27,729 bases of DNA from Catajapyx aquilonaris. Taxonomy: Eukaryota. Location: contig KZ538033.1 in NCBI GenBank assembly GCA_000934665.2, positions 124,001-151,729 on the forward strand, in the 5' to 3' direction. The stretch's first letter is position 1. Each line of letters opens with the position of its first letter. Shown in pieces: positions 1 to 12,954 of this stretch. The notes beneath the pieces are model-generated. The model had not been told where the DNA came from. It saw only the letters and a list, made by a program, of their open reading frames with translations, and did no database searches. The translations under genes and the position numbers were made by a program.

Positions 1-88
1 AACCCTACCACATGTAGCTGGAAATACGAGGTGGTTGGTAATGACTCATACTTCTGCACAAAGTGGCTTAGAAGTTGGTTGAATCATT

Positions 89-102
89 TGAAACACCCTG
101 TA
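89..102 (-). mobile_element. Isolated Tc1/mariner-like terminal inverted repeat end (partner not found in the window)
   Basis: TGAAACACCCTGTA is the exact reverse complement of TACAGGGTGTTTCA at 12887-12900 (14/14). Confidence 0.45.
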
Positions 103-480
103 GAGCTAAACTTGCAATTCGTGTGAAAACTTATCATGCAAAACCGGGGTTTCAAGCTGAGCAAACAGCGATGCAAAGAGGGAGCATTAAGGCAATTCCA
201 GTGTCGTTATTAAATTCGCAACATCGATTCCGCAAGCCTCATAAATCATCTTCAAATTCGTCACAACATGCTGGTCTTAATGCTATTTGTGCAAAATGGT
301 GGTGTTGGAAAGGGGGGCGAAATCAGTTCCGCCAGGAGAAGCTCAAATAGTGAAGAAAAGCAAAATGTGCAAGTAGATTCGGGAAGTTTCGAAATGACGG
401 ATCATCAATAGGGGTGGGAAAGACGGGGTGTGGAATATTGTCGCCTTGAAAAGCCAAACTGGCGTAGATAACACCAATTT

Positions 481-498
481 CTCTCTATCTCTCTCTCT
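481..498. repeat. Imperfect (CT)n microsatellite
   Basis: ctctctatctctctctct. Confidence 0.75.
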
Positions 499-3182
499 AG
501 CTTTCAACGTGTCCCATTTTTTTATATTCCTGGAGAACTCCAGGGTTCGATGAAAACTTTCGTGTCGGCGTCATATTTCGCCTGGGATGTTTCCCACAGC
601 TTGTACTCAAATTGGCTCCCATAAAAAAATGGATCGACATACCCGTCAATAGTCGGCGGCAAAACTTTTCACCTTCCAGGAAAAAAGGGCTCACTATATA
701 CTGATTGCCAAGCTGTCTCTTCCTCCACTTTTTTTTATATACAGACAGTCTATGCCTAGGGAAAAATTCACGGAAGATTTTGTCCCCCTGAATATTATAT
801 CTGATAATTTATTCCCTCTGCAGGATCAGATCATTATCAGGCAATTAGATCAGCAAAAATAAATAAAGCAATCACTCGTCCATGCTTTCACGGGCATATC
901 CAGCAAATATAAATCATGGAGTCTAAACTAATCCAATTTCCTGCCTTGTTATGTGATAACCCTAAGTCATATAAGACGATCTGCACTAATCAGCAGCCCC
1001 GTAAATTAATAGGCTTATCTAATTAAGGGCATACCCTTAATAGCATCCAGGAGTATAAAAATTAAGTTCTTGGAGAGATCCACAACACAATCCGCTTGAA
1101 TAATTTCGGTCTGTATACACCAGTATACATCTCCTCACTTCATTTGGTGCACCAATGGCTCACCACTTGATCAACTATTTAAGTCGTTTCATGTTAATTA
1201 TATAGGTGGGAAGGGGGCAGATCTTACAGGTGCAGAAATCCCTCATTAATATTGAAAAACGGGGGGAAATGCATACTGCATTTTAATTCGAGTGTAATCC
1301 ATTCGGTTTTCCGAGGTCACTTCTTAATAATTCCCTTTTTAGTATCCTTTGGGGTAAAGGGGCCTGAAATTAACATCAGAAGCCGGGGTACTGTGTGTAA
1401 CCACAGCACCGCAACTTAATATTACAGCGTCTGTTGCGTCATGTCTGGTCCTTCGCTAGAAATATTTAATAATGTATGTCATTTTTTTCGGACATTCGCC
1501 TACAGTAAGCTACTACACGACCATTAGTATTTTATAGTAAGGCGTTAGGTTTACATTAGTGCTGCAGTTGCCCAGTGTCTGCAAATCTTTGGCATACATG
1601 ATGATGTACGTAATTAATAATTAATTGGAATAGAAAGAGTAACTTCCCGTGTTATAACTTAGTTCATTTTGACCCGATTTCGCCCACTGAGTTGGACCTG
1701 CTAGTTGTACTTGCCCTCTGAAAACAGGCTAACGTGTGAGACTATGATGAACAAGGATATAGCGATTAAAATCATCCGCTGGCTTATAGTATAGGCTACA
1801 AAGCGAGTTGAACTCCATAAAAACGCGACCTGATGCCCAACAACATCAAATGAAAATGATGCGCCATTACTAAAGCTACCTTCACAAGAAATTATGCCCT
1901 GTAAGTAGGCTCGCGCTTGTATGGATTTGCTATAAGCTACCTGTGTAATCAACGTCATATGAAGTACGAGGTATGCTGAATTATTTGTGAAGCAAAAAGC
2001 AACAAAGGGCCATGCGGGGGGGAAACCAATGCTGATCTGATTACATCCGTACTGCCATACGCTGACGGCGTAACTGTTCAAATAAACCACTCCGTTAATC
2101 CGTATGAGAGTTACAAACACGACAAAAAAACCTCTTAACCTGCCCGTTTCAACATTGATGATATCGGTACGTCTGTCTGTAACATTTCAATACACTCCGT
2201 TGCATTTATTCGTCATTTTTTTATGATGTCACATTAGCCCGTCTCGAGTTTATTTAGATAATTTTCGCCACTCACCCCAACATAATAGACTACTTGAACA
2301 CCGGCCTCCAGTTTCATTTAGTCAGCTCAGTGTTTCATCACCGCCTATTATAACCGGCATATCCCCGCTGCCATAATTCCTGGTGAACCCCAGAAAGCCT
2401 CCGTTGGTTGGTTGGGGAAGAGGGGAAGGTGCCTATTCTGACAGCATAAGCGCACGACTGCATGACTATTTCATGAGATGGAGGCCCTGCCTCCTCTTCT
2501 TTCTTTTTTTTTCTCCTCTTCTTCTAAGAATTCGACGCGTGGACGAAAAGGCAGGCCATTTGGGAGCGGAGGTTTTTATATGGAAGCCTCCAGGGAGAAT
2601 AAGCGGGGGACGTCCGCTGCTCTGATTCACTGATAGAACCCCGGGAGAAAAGGAGGCTGCGGAAACATGCTTGCTTCCAAAAGGAACAAATGAAGAAAAG
2701 GGATTTTTTTTTGTATACGCGCCAAATAGCAGTATTCCAGTCACACGCAAAAAAATATTATGGAGATGCGCCAATTACAAGCGTCGGTTTTAAATTCGGG
2801 CAGTAATGGCAACGGTCCTCAATTAACCCACAATCCGGGCCATAATTTCCACAGATAAACTCTAGAGCTGTGCCCTTACAACATAGAGAGAGGGGAGGGG
2901 TACACCTCTCGAATTTAATTTCACGTGTGTTGTGTTTTTCCTACCAAAAATGCTGTAACATAATTTACAGTTCAAAAGCTGTGCGTATTTAGAAATTACG
3001 CTCACTCAATTACCGATCAATCTACACGAAATTACCAATTAAAAGCCCACACAAATGCGGCCACAGAGAGTCTGTTATTGTATTAGCGTTTATGCCCTCC
3101 CCACACCCATGTAGACCCTACCAATTCGACCACTTTTGAACAGTAACAGGGTAATTAATGCGGTGCTAAATAAACTGCTGGA

Positions 3183-3190
3183 GTACTTAC
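3183..3190 (-). other. 5' splice donor
   Basis: Minus strand CTG|GTAAGTAC matches the GTAAGT consensus and falls exactly after QWYL. Confidence 0.9.
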
Positions 3191-3409
3191 CAGGTACCAC
3201 TGCTCCTTGTAAAGAGGGTCTGGGAAGCTGGAAAACGGTGTGATTCCTCTGCTGTATTGTGGATGCAGCAATGAGTGTCGAGGAGGCGGCCGAAAGTAAG
3301 GCCTGTACCCTCCTCTTGGAGGAAGAGGACCGCCGAGGTCATCTTCTTCGTAGTCCTCGTAGTCTCTCTTCACCCTCCGTTTCTCATACTGCTGATCCAC
3401 CCAGTGAAC
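3191..3409 (-). CDS. Fur2: Internal coding exon (73 aa) of a furin-like proprotein convertase (S8/kexin family, insect Furin-2-like), spanning the prodomain C-terminus, cleavage site and start of the mature enzyme
   Basis: Translates to VHWVDQQYEKRRVKR-DYEDYEEDD...FPDPLYKEQWYL. VxWxxQQxxKxRxKR is the conserved convertase prodomain end, and (F/T)xDPxxxxQWYL precedes the catalytic domain; FPDPL(F/Y)KEQWYL is the form I recall for insect Fur2. Bounded by tattcttttctgcAG|GTT and CTG|GTaagtac; 219 bp = 73 codons. Family assignment is strong; the Fur2 paralogue call is from memory. Confidence 0.93.
3365..3376 (-). other. Codons for R-V-K-R, the autocatalytic prodomain cleavage site (R-X-K-R)
   Basis: Minus-strand AGG GTG AAG AGA followed by GAC (D), directly after QQYEKR; canonical position in furin-family zymogens. 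Confidence 0.9.
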
Positions 3410-3431
3410 CTGCAGAAAAGAATATGTCAGC
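3410..3431 (-). other. 3' splice acceptor with polypyrimidine tract and branch-point candidate
   Basis: Minus strand reads gCTGACatattcttttctgcAG|G; CTGAC lies at 3426-3430 with the branch A about 18 nt from the exon. Confidence 0.85.
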
Positions 3432-6400
3432 ATATTAAAAAGCATCCGTCATGTCGTGCCGCTACAGAATTTCGTCACGAAACAGCATGCGCCATCTACT
3501 GATTTCCTTCCCAACTTGTTACACAGCCGGCATACAGCTCTTGGGATCATGGGAGAAACTCCCCACTTTGGACTTGGCGCTGGTGGGTTTAAGTATAAAT
3601 TTCTTCACATATGAACAACTGACCTTTCCCGATGTATGCCCAAACGGCCATTTATGACTACTATAGACATATTGTGCTAAGAAACAGGCTTATTGGTCAC
3701 CCAACCCAAAAGCTATTCCTCAAATTGGCCAAGGCAGACCGCAGAAAATCTGGGTCAGGATAGTTAGTTCCGGGGCTGAGGGATTAAACCCCTGGAACCA
3801 TCGCTTGCACCTCAAGCTTCCCACCAGCCCGGGTCATACACCAATCTGGGTATTAGCGGTCACGGCATGACCTCGGAGCCCTGACATCCCAAATTGACTC
3901 CGTAATCCTTCTGGACCCGGATCCGGGCAGTAAATTAACCCCATCCCTTGTTTGTCAACACGGGCTTCTCTCTCGACCCTCCAGAATTAGAATCAAGTCG
4001 CGCTCCTTTCCTTTCCTCCGGACTTTGGGGCCAATTTCCCCAGGTGCTCTCCCGGATTATTTCTCGGTACGCCTCCGGGAAAATCTTTGATACTCTCCGG
4101 TTTTCCTTCTGATGCCCGACCCTCCCTCCGGAACACATCGGGGGCCAAACCCCAGACTCTCTCAGCCTTCCTGCTGCCTTAATGAGATAGGCTAGGCACT
4201 TAAGACTTTCCAGCCTTCCTTTTCCACGGCTGCGGAATATCAATGCCTTACGCCAACTCATTTACAGAAACCTCTCAGGGAGAGTTCGCACCCAAAAGTA
4301 CGCCTAGGATCAACCCCAAACGGGTGTGTTGCAGTTGTGATGCGGTATATATACCTTTGTCTTAACATAGACCACTTAACCTTAGAAGAGGAACAAACCA
4401 GCCGGTTTTAACACTGGCACCTCTCCTCACATACAATCGGCAGAGTTTATATCTGACTGGCCAATAATGAATGGTCGTGGTACAATAATACGACAGGTTA
4501 GGAGCAAACAATTTATTACGACCGGCCCGAAGCCAGGCCGTCTCACGACTCTCACTACAAAGGAGCTCTCCCTACCAGGTCCACATCCAGATCTCTGTAG
4601 CGAGGGGCATCACACATTGCATCAAATCAGATTTTCATTGCGTTCAATGGTCGACCTATGAATCGGCAGCAGCCCAGAGTTCGTAAAAGGCTTAAACTTT
4701 CAGAAACACGTTTACAACCCCCCGAAGTTTGATCGTAAATGCTGCAAAAAGGACCGTATTTTCAACGCCTTGACGATCATACCGCACTACTCTTTTTTTA
4801 ACTTGAACTTGCCATATGTTCCACTCCAGCTGGAAGTCAAGCATCCAGTGTTCCCATGAACCGCTTCAGTCTTTCGGATGAGAAAACCTACAAGTCCAAA
4901 AACTGCACCTGTACACTTCTCCTCAACTTTCCCAAAGCTGGGAAGGATCGTCTTGCTTTTGCCCCTGGAAAATTCTCTTCCCCCTCCCCCTCCCCCCTTG
5001 CAAATAAATGGGCCTAGTTTCAGCCGAGTGCTTCTTTTGAGGTGGCTCTAATGATGCCCAAAGGGGACCAAGTATCTGGTAGCAAGCGAGACTCTAAGTG
5101 ATGATCTCTCGCCGTGGAATTTCCGCCCGACACACAACACGACGAATTTATTTGGCACCAAGAAAAGGTCTTTTTCCTCGTCGACGCCTCTACTTTTTTT
5201 TATCCCCCAACAAAAGTACGTCCATATATTCCAGAATATAGGAGGCCTGCTACAAGACTACTTCGGTGGTAATGCGATTAACAGGAACGGGGCTTTTTTT
5301 TCCTTTCCCCGTCTCTTACTTCCTCAGCTCCTAATTTCATTATGAGACGACTTTTGTCGAAAGGTTCTAACACGTAGAGGACCGAAACACAAAGAGCTGC
5401 AGCCATTTGCTCGAAACGACGTCCTCTTTTTTTCTATCGAAACAAGGGAAATCGCAGGCTGGAAAAAAATTGAGACGACAATATCTTCGCGTGATATCTC
5501 ACCACCTGCTACTAGTCTGAGCTCATTTGCGAAAGCTCTTAATGCGAATCGACATTCCGACAACAGCCTTTTCTAGACGCCACCCCACAATGTCGTATTC
5601 TCCCAGAGCTCCCTGAAAATTATAGGCCTTGTCGCGGACAATCCTGCTCGTAGTCACGTCCAGATCCGACACGCAATCGACAAATTATACGTAAGGAGAT
5701 AGAAAAAAAAGAAGAAGCGGAAGACACTGCAGCACGAATACAATTTATGCCATCAACTTGAGCCCTGTACACCGGCCGTTATCAGGAACACTAGCTGCAG
5801 TACCGATAAAGGTCCCTAAATCAATGCTATCTCCCGCCATTCATGAAAGTGTTGCCGGTGCAATAAACGGGGGAGGGAAACGGTCAATTTGCTCTGGAAA
5901 CCTCCAAGAAAACTTTTCAAACCATGTACTTTCGCAACACTCACTAAAAGGGGACGATCAAGAATTCACAAAGGCAGCCCCGGTGTCATTACTAAAATGT
6001 AATTTTAATGCAGCTCATTAGCAAAAACCCCTTCTCCACCTTGCTCCAAAGAGATTCCAGCCTCCCCTCGAAAATTTTCCCATGATGGATTTAAATCGTG
6101 ACATATCGCCTACTCGGCAAATGAACATGGATTTTGGACCCAAGGTTTTTCCTCAGGCCAAGAGGGGGCTATACAACAGGTTGCATATTATCTAGCCCCA
6201 ATTTTACATCCTGCTGCACGCGGAAATACCATCACACAGGCAGAGGTCATAAATCGTCGAAACCGTTGCATACCGCACACTACAGATAGAAGAGGGGGGA
6301 AAAAAACTAATGCGTAACTATATAGGGCTAGACTTTTCGTGGCAAAAAAATAGCGAGAAATAATCGCTCGCAGATCGGTATTTGCACACGCATCAATAGG

Positions 6401-9400
6401 CGTTATATCTGGTTAACATCTCGATGCATATTTTATGGGTCAGCGGGTCATTGAGTTATAAATCATAGATTATGCAGCAGGTCTAGCGTTTCATGGGAGG
6501 GGGCTTTTACGGCCACAGTTTATGTCTACAAGTATCATTCAACGAGACGTTTTTAATGGATTGGAAAGCTACAGTAACGTTGTGATGAAGGCGAGGTCAG
6601 ATATTAATTGCAGGCAGTTAACAGGGTGGGTGGACAATGTGACAAAAAAATTGTTGACACCGAACTTGTGTGGTAATTTTTCTGTAATTTCTCTCAGCCA
6701 GAATAGACGAGCACAAAAAGCACCTTCCGGAGTCATATTCGCTGCTCTACAACTCGACACTTCCGGTACCTCCAAAATGAAATGACCACTTAGCAACATC
6801 CGGACAAGTCCATGCCATTAATCACGCTCACTCCTTGCACGCACTGACATAAGGACGTCCACCCTTCTTCAGAGGTCATCGATTGGGTTTTGCCCCATCA
6901 ACAATATACGAACCACACTCTATTTTTTTTTCTAGTAACTAGCTGCGTGTGTGAAATGTGTAGAATAGTGAGCCGGAAATGGGCAGAGGTCTCTCCCGTT
7001 AGTCCTGGTTGGTTTTTCAACCGAGCCTGACTGGGTCAGATTTATCTTCGGCAGAGCAAACGAGGAAAATGGCTCCGTTGCGTGAACACCAGAGTGCGCC
7101 AGATTCCCACCACCGAGTGTGATACATGTCCTCCCATATCCCATATCCAAGTGATGGAACCCAACCTATGAATCTCCCAGAGTGTTGGTGGGTGTTTTTT
7201 TGGGGGGAGAAAAAAAAGTGTTCCCCGGAGCGAGGGCTAATAACGGCGCGAAAAATAAAGAATGGAGGGTCGTCATCCGTGGGGCAGGTCCTGACAAAGT
7301 CACTCATCTTGCGTATCACACCCCTGCAGTTATACAAATGAATCGGCCTCAAGCTCCGAGAGTTCACTGCGGCACAGCAGTCACGCACGGTGCAAAAATT
7401 TGCTGCGGATTTATGAAAAGAACTGTGCTCTGGTGCAGCAGCCAACCCAGTGTTTTAATCTGTCTGCTGCTGAACTCAAAACCACGGTTGTCACATGCCC
7501 AAATTACTAATTGCGCTAAAAGTTAACGAGAACTATGGAAGGGGATTGCCATTCATCATGTACAGTCCTATGTACCTGCTGTGAAAAAAATAACTCAAAA
7601 TTCCAGGTGGTTCACCCTTAGAATAGTTTGCCCAATCCTTCCATTCTAAATAGCACAATCCCCGGTCTCAACAATGAGTCGTAACCGTCAACCAGATTCC
7701 GGAAAAGGCATCCTCCCCCATGAAAACAAACCCGGAAAATGCCCCATAATTTTATCTCCTCCTGTTCTTCAGCCAGCAGCTCCTCTCCTAATAACCCTGC
7801 CACAAAATCCAGGCTACGCCATAGGGAACTTCCCCGTTAACGAGTCTCCCCGAATTTAATCCCCATCCTATCCCCCCCCTTTCCCAAAGAATCGGGGGGT
7901 AATGCAAACTCAAAAATAGGACTGTTGATAGGAGCTGCGGAAAAGGATTGGCCAGTACGCCCTTTTCACAGCTGTTTAAAGCCCTCTGGACTGGGATAAG
8001 GAAATCGGCCGGAATTAATTCCCGGTGTCCAGCAGAGAAAATTCCTCCAAGGCTTTGACTCTGTCCGCATATCTCTGAATGCGACGGCAATAATATGCTG
8101 GGTCTCTGTGAAGGGGGCTTATGTGCGTGTAGGATAGGTCTGGGGGGACATTCAGGAGGAATCCTAATTAATAATGGAGATGGGTAAGTCCCGAGTGGTG
8201 AAAAGAGACGTTCCTTTTTATGACTCAAGCTCATATGAGCGAAATTTCCGGAGGCTGCAATGAATCGAGGAATAATAATTAATCAATGTTAGCATTAGGA
8301 GTGTACATATAGGTGCTTTTAGATGGGCAGATAAGTAAACGGTGTGGTGTCTTGATATAATATAAGCAGGGTACTGTACAGTACACCACGTAATACACGC
8401 AAAAGCAACAAAAATTTAAACTGCAATTGAGCAAAAATTCCATGTCTCTAGAGGAGAAGTCTTACGTTCAAAATGACAGCAAACATTACATCGCGGTTGG
8501 AAGAGGAAAAAAGTCGAAATAATTTCTTAGACAATTGTGAGAGCGGCTGCAGATGCGGAGGCACGAACCGGCGCTAATGCATCGAACGGGGAATTGGGCC
8601 ATTTTTAAGGACCTGCCGTTTGCACTCCTGCCCCAACTATCCGCACCCTGCATGTTAATGCACCGCATTCCACTTTTTTTATTGCTACAAAAAATACGTC
8701 ATACAGCTCGATGCAAACCCAGATTTTCCTTTGAAAATCCTGACAGTCGTCGTCTAAAAATGTGGGGTGTGAAGCATAAGTACATCGATGCCAACTGGTA
8801 CTAACTTATGGATTTGGTACGCGTGATTCGTTGACATGCAGTGATGTTGTATCACCAGGCCGGTTCTAAGCACCCAGATGCACGCAACGCACCTGTCAAC
8901 CACTTTTCTTACTGATAATAGGCCTGTAATTATAGTTTTTACGCAGCAAACTTGAGGATGTACAGGGTGATGTGCTGTCCGTGTTCAAGTGTTTGTTGGA
9001 AGCAGTGTACACTCTATATACCTTCGGAGTTTTATAGTCCAGAAACATTTTTCGGCGAGGAAAACATGGCAACAGCACTAGTGGAACTGGGAAAATCAGA
9101 CGTAACCGCAACCAACGGAAAAGTCGGCCCTTTTTATATCCCAACAGGAAGGGGAAATAATGTCTATTTCAGCTGGCGCTAAAGTTCACAGAGCAGGGCT
9201 TGAAACTTTAAATCCCCGATGCCATCTAGCACACAGGGCGTTCCGAAAACAACAGTCAGGACCAGAAAATTACTACCGACGGTACCGGTATAGGCCTACA
9301 GTTATTTTGGGAGCGGTTATTTTTCAACTACAGCTTGTCATAAGATATTTAAAATAACAACTGTTAAGTTATTCTGATTTGATTCAGGTTGTATCATGTT

Positions 9401-11866
9401 TTCCTGGACTCTGGTTCTGCTGCATGCTGGAAGGCATCCTCCACAAACATGCTTCCAGACCACTCCAAAAACCTGGCTTGTTTCTGGTTATATCCCCCAA
9501 CATAATAGGATATAGGGTGTGCGGAAAAGAACCGCCTGGAAAGAGCACAGAACCGTGTATACGTCTAATTGGTCTCCACAAAGGCTATACGGCGCCGACT
9601 GTACTCTAGAAAGGAAGAGTAGAGCCTTCCCTCGTCCAAACATCCGCAAAGAAAACAGAGTAGAAGGAATTAACTCAGGGCTCGAGTCAGATCTTCCAAG
9701 GGTTAAAGCGTGTTGCGGGATGCGTTTGCGGAAAATCGCATCCTCTCGGATCCGTCTTAGCACTCAAGGTATCGTACCGTATGTACAGAGGCTCACTCAC
9801 TGGCATAAGCTGCATTTTTTTTTAAGGATCCAAAAAACCTCCCCAAAAAATAGGCTGTACCCTGCGGGATGGTTCTGCTTTGACGCAGACTGTGTGTTGC
9901 AGGGGGGGAAAGGGTTGAAAGCAAAAATAATCCCATAGTGTGGCAGGCCGGAGAGCAATCTGACAGAAGCTACCATGTTTTCGCTCAGTCTCGCTCCCAA
10001 CCAAATTTCAGTTTTTGCCTCGTCTTTCACGTTTTTAATCTGGTACACTGGAAACTGCCAACTACCGTCAAGGTGACTCTTTTCAACGCGACACGTGTGA
10101 CGCATGTGTCATCCAGAGCGGGGAGGGGGCCGCATTTGCGACATAACAATAATTCAGGCTGCTGGTGGAGAAGGGTTGGCGAGCAAAAATCATCACTCTT
10201 CTGTCACACAATATTTAAATTGCTTCAAAAAAAACCGAGAGAAGAGCAGGAATAGCACTTAATCAAGGAGCTGCTATATAGGCGCCCAGTAACGGCTACT
10301 TGTGCTATAGCGTTGCAATTTTTTTTAGTCGGGCAAAGTAAACCGCGCATAAAATATGTGCACACTTGCTATAAAGCTGGTAATCTCAAGAACGACATAT
10401 CGGATTTGCATGTCAATTCACGTCAATGTTTTGTAGCTGTACAGAGAGCGGATTGCGTCAATTCGCTCGCAAAATGCCCCGGGAGGTTAACGCACTATTT
10501 TTTTTATGTGATGGTGTAAACCGGGGTTCTCCCCGCCGGTTGAACCACCTTTAAATCATCCTGTCAGCACACTGAACACACACATAGTTCCATGCAGAAT
10601 ACCCGCTCCCAGCTTTTGCAGGCCGAATTAGGCCAACCGAGGACACAAAGTTGCATCGCGGTGACCCGAGGCCGACTCTCCGAAAAAGCAAGTGCACCGC
10701 CGGATAAACCCCGCAGGGCCCAATAGTGCGTGACAAGGAAACTTCTAGGCCTACAAGTTCTGGGCGTGTCGCCATTCACAAGGCTGCGACCGCTATGCTA
10801 ACTCCGATCGACGAAGTTTAAACCCAAAAAAGAGAGGACAGGGGGGAAAAAAACAGGAAGTGAGATAGCTCATTCATTGGACATGGCTCGTCCTAGTTTT
10901 ATGGGTGGTGGAAAGTACAGTACAGTTACTTCCTGCTGAATGTACGTGATAACTGGCACGGCACATCATCCTGCCATCACCTTTAATTGCACACTCAATG
11001 TGACGTACTGTACATTTTTGGAAGAAAAAAAATCTTCATGACTTCCTGCTCAAAATTGTTATTAGAAATAGACATTGTCAGCAATTCCTATTTGTCTTAA
11101 AATTGTTCAGAATTATTTACCGACATTTGTTAATTTTTTCGAGTGAAATAGTGTGTATCCTGGACATACGCTATGTCAAATGTATTTCATAATTTAATAA
11201 TTAATTGGCCCTCGTATGGGAAACAACATACATGGATACTCTTAAGAGCATGAGATTTAACGACTGCTGCTGCTCATTGTTGTCAGCAATGTTTAGTCAA
11301 CAATTTGGCCATATTTACCTTCTAAATTACCTTGTCAACATGCAAGTATCGGCGTGTTTTGAATGTAAATTCTACCCAGGTGTTCCCTCATGGCATCGGA
11401 TGAAAACATTGGAGGATATTTCCATGTAAGGAGTAATAGTCCAAACTTGCAACGATACCGCCCATTTAAGCCTCTCACGGGTTCGTGCAGGTCCAACTTT
11501 TGGACTGCCACACCTCCGAGGACAATCAAGCAAGTTGCCAACTTTGAGTCTACGTGCGCCTCTTATCCATCCAGGGAATGGAAATCATAAGGAGGCAAAC
11601 TTGGGTGTGGGAAAGTCACTTTCTCCAAAAGGTTTTTGCGGCAGGTCATTTTACTTTTAGGCACCTGGCCAACGACCGACGCCGACGACGCCTCTCCCTG
11701 GCGTCGCAGGCGGCCCCCCTGCCTTAACAGACACGGGTCCGGATAATCCGTAATTTCCGGCGCTTTCCGACGTCAAAGCTACACGGGGGCCGCGCCCGTC
11801 TATCTCCATTTGCGCCATTCGTATTCCGTCTAAGATTTCCCCGAGCTGCCTTCGCAAACTTGGGTC

Positions 11867-11882
11867 GNGGGGGGGGGGGGGG
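11867..11882. repeat. Poly-G homopolymer with an ambiguous base
   Basis: G run with N at 11868. Confidence 0.9.
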
Positions 11883-12886
11883 TCGGCTGCTTAGAAATTC
11901 CGGAGACGTAAAATCTTGCATGCAAAATAAGTGTAATCACTCGGACTGTCGGAGAATTACATGGCAATGCAGCTGCTTCTGCAATATCATGGTGCTAAAT
12001 AGCTGGAGGACAACTCAAGGCAATAATTTTCTGCACGCCAAAATATTCACGTGCTTTAAAAAACACATGCCAAATGAATGTAAGAATATGTGTGATTAAT
12101 ATTTAATATTTGCATTATTGGATCATGCTGAAGTATGCCGTCACCATCAATGTGATGGCACGAGTCATTTGAATTATGAGTTTAACATAATGTGTCCATT
12201 TTAATATTCAAGTCATCCCTATTAACGGAACTGGATTCAATAATCAATGAACATAAAAGTACCCTCACAGTAAATTCAATTTCATCAACCTACATGGGGG
12301 CTATTCATCATCAAAAGATCCCATTTAGCTAAATTCTAGAACAAAAAATAAATAAATTTAAATCAAATACCTGAAGGTACTTCATCACAAGCAAGATGCT
12401 TCACACTTTTTGCTAATATTATGGTAGCCTCTAGATGCTTTCTGGAATAACTTCTTGCAGGAACTGTTATCTGCCCGAATCCACACGGAATCCCATGTTA
12501 TATATAAATGTTGAAATATCTCACAGCAGGGGGAAGGATCCTGTAAATCATCCTGTAAAGGCCACATTCTCGACTTTCTGCTGCCTGAATGCAAACACCC
12601 CAAGAGAAGTGAGGGTTGAATAGCCCCGGACAGTCGCAGCGATATAGTCCCCAGCAGTTTAGCGACGAGCCGTAAATCACATGGCCCGGTAATTACTGTT
12701 CGCTGTTGTTAATATTACTCACTATAAAATCCGGCATTGAATTATGTGCCTAATGTCGGGCAGAAATTTGCGAAAAGTTTTCCGGATACGCACACAGGGG
12801 AGGTTAGGACCAGCCTGGGGGTTAATGACGAATAACTCTGGGCTGTAAAACCAAGCGAAATGGGTCCAGTCATTCGATGCCGACTG

Positions 12887-12954
12887 TACAGGGTGTTTCA
12901 TAACGATCTAGATAAATCCTATAGTTTGTCTGAATAATTATTATGGAACACCTA
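12887..12954. mobile_element. Small degenerate foldback/MITE relic with a CAGGGTGTTTCA terminus
   Basis: Left TACAGGGTGTTTCATAA; right TTATGGAACACCTA, compared with the perfect complement TTATGAAACACCCTGTA. Inner arms TAGATAAA/TTTGTCTG are also partly complementary. Confidence 0.5.

Larger units (their letters stand above)
1..3190 (-). other. Intron downstream of the furin-like exon (extends beyond the window start)
   Basis: Starts at the GTAAGT donor; the expected next exon (NGG...DMNV-like) was not found in 1-3190 by eye. Confidence 0.7.

Noticed and set aside
1744..1833. C/D-box-like pair ATGATGA...CTGA
   Set aside because: Antisense to the host gene, with no terminal stem and no recognisable rRNA guide.
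1701..2120. 139-aa minus-strand ORF
   Set aside because: Non-ATG start, no recognisable domain and no similarity to the expected furin catalytic exon.
3155..3445. The 96-aa ORF taken as a complete small gene
   Set aside because: Its ends (MLFNMLTYSFLQ and VSTPAVYLAPH) are read-through into intron; the splice sites delimit the true exon at 3191-3409.
3275..3502. Plus-strand 75-aa ORF with a hydrophobic stretch
   Set aside because: Antisense shadow of the furin exon; the hydrophobic run is the complement of the acidic codons.
3765..3835. tRNA/SINE-like B-box (minus strand GGGGTTTAATCCC)
   Set aside because: Deviates from GTTCRA, with no convincing A-box, cloverleaf or second copy.
3935..4261. 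108-aa ORF containing WPQSP, considered as a Tc1 transposase (WPxxSPDL) remnant
   Set aside because: No SPDLNPIE or other DDE-domain motifs.
6569..6799. ORF with ...EVPE|GT considered as the upstream furin prodomain exon
   Set aside because: No prodomain similarity, a weak donor and an in-frame stop shortly upstream.
8371..8384. Perfect 14-bp palindrome GTACTGTACAGTAC
   Set aside because: About one palindrome of this length is expected by chance in this much sequence, and TACTGTAC-like words recur throughout the window.
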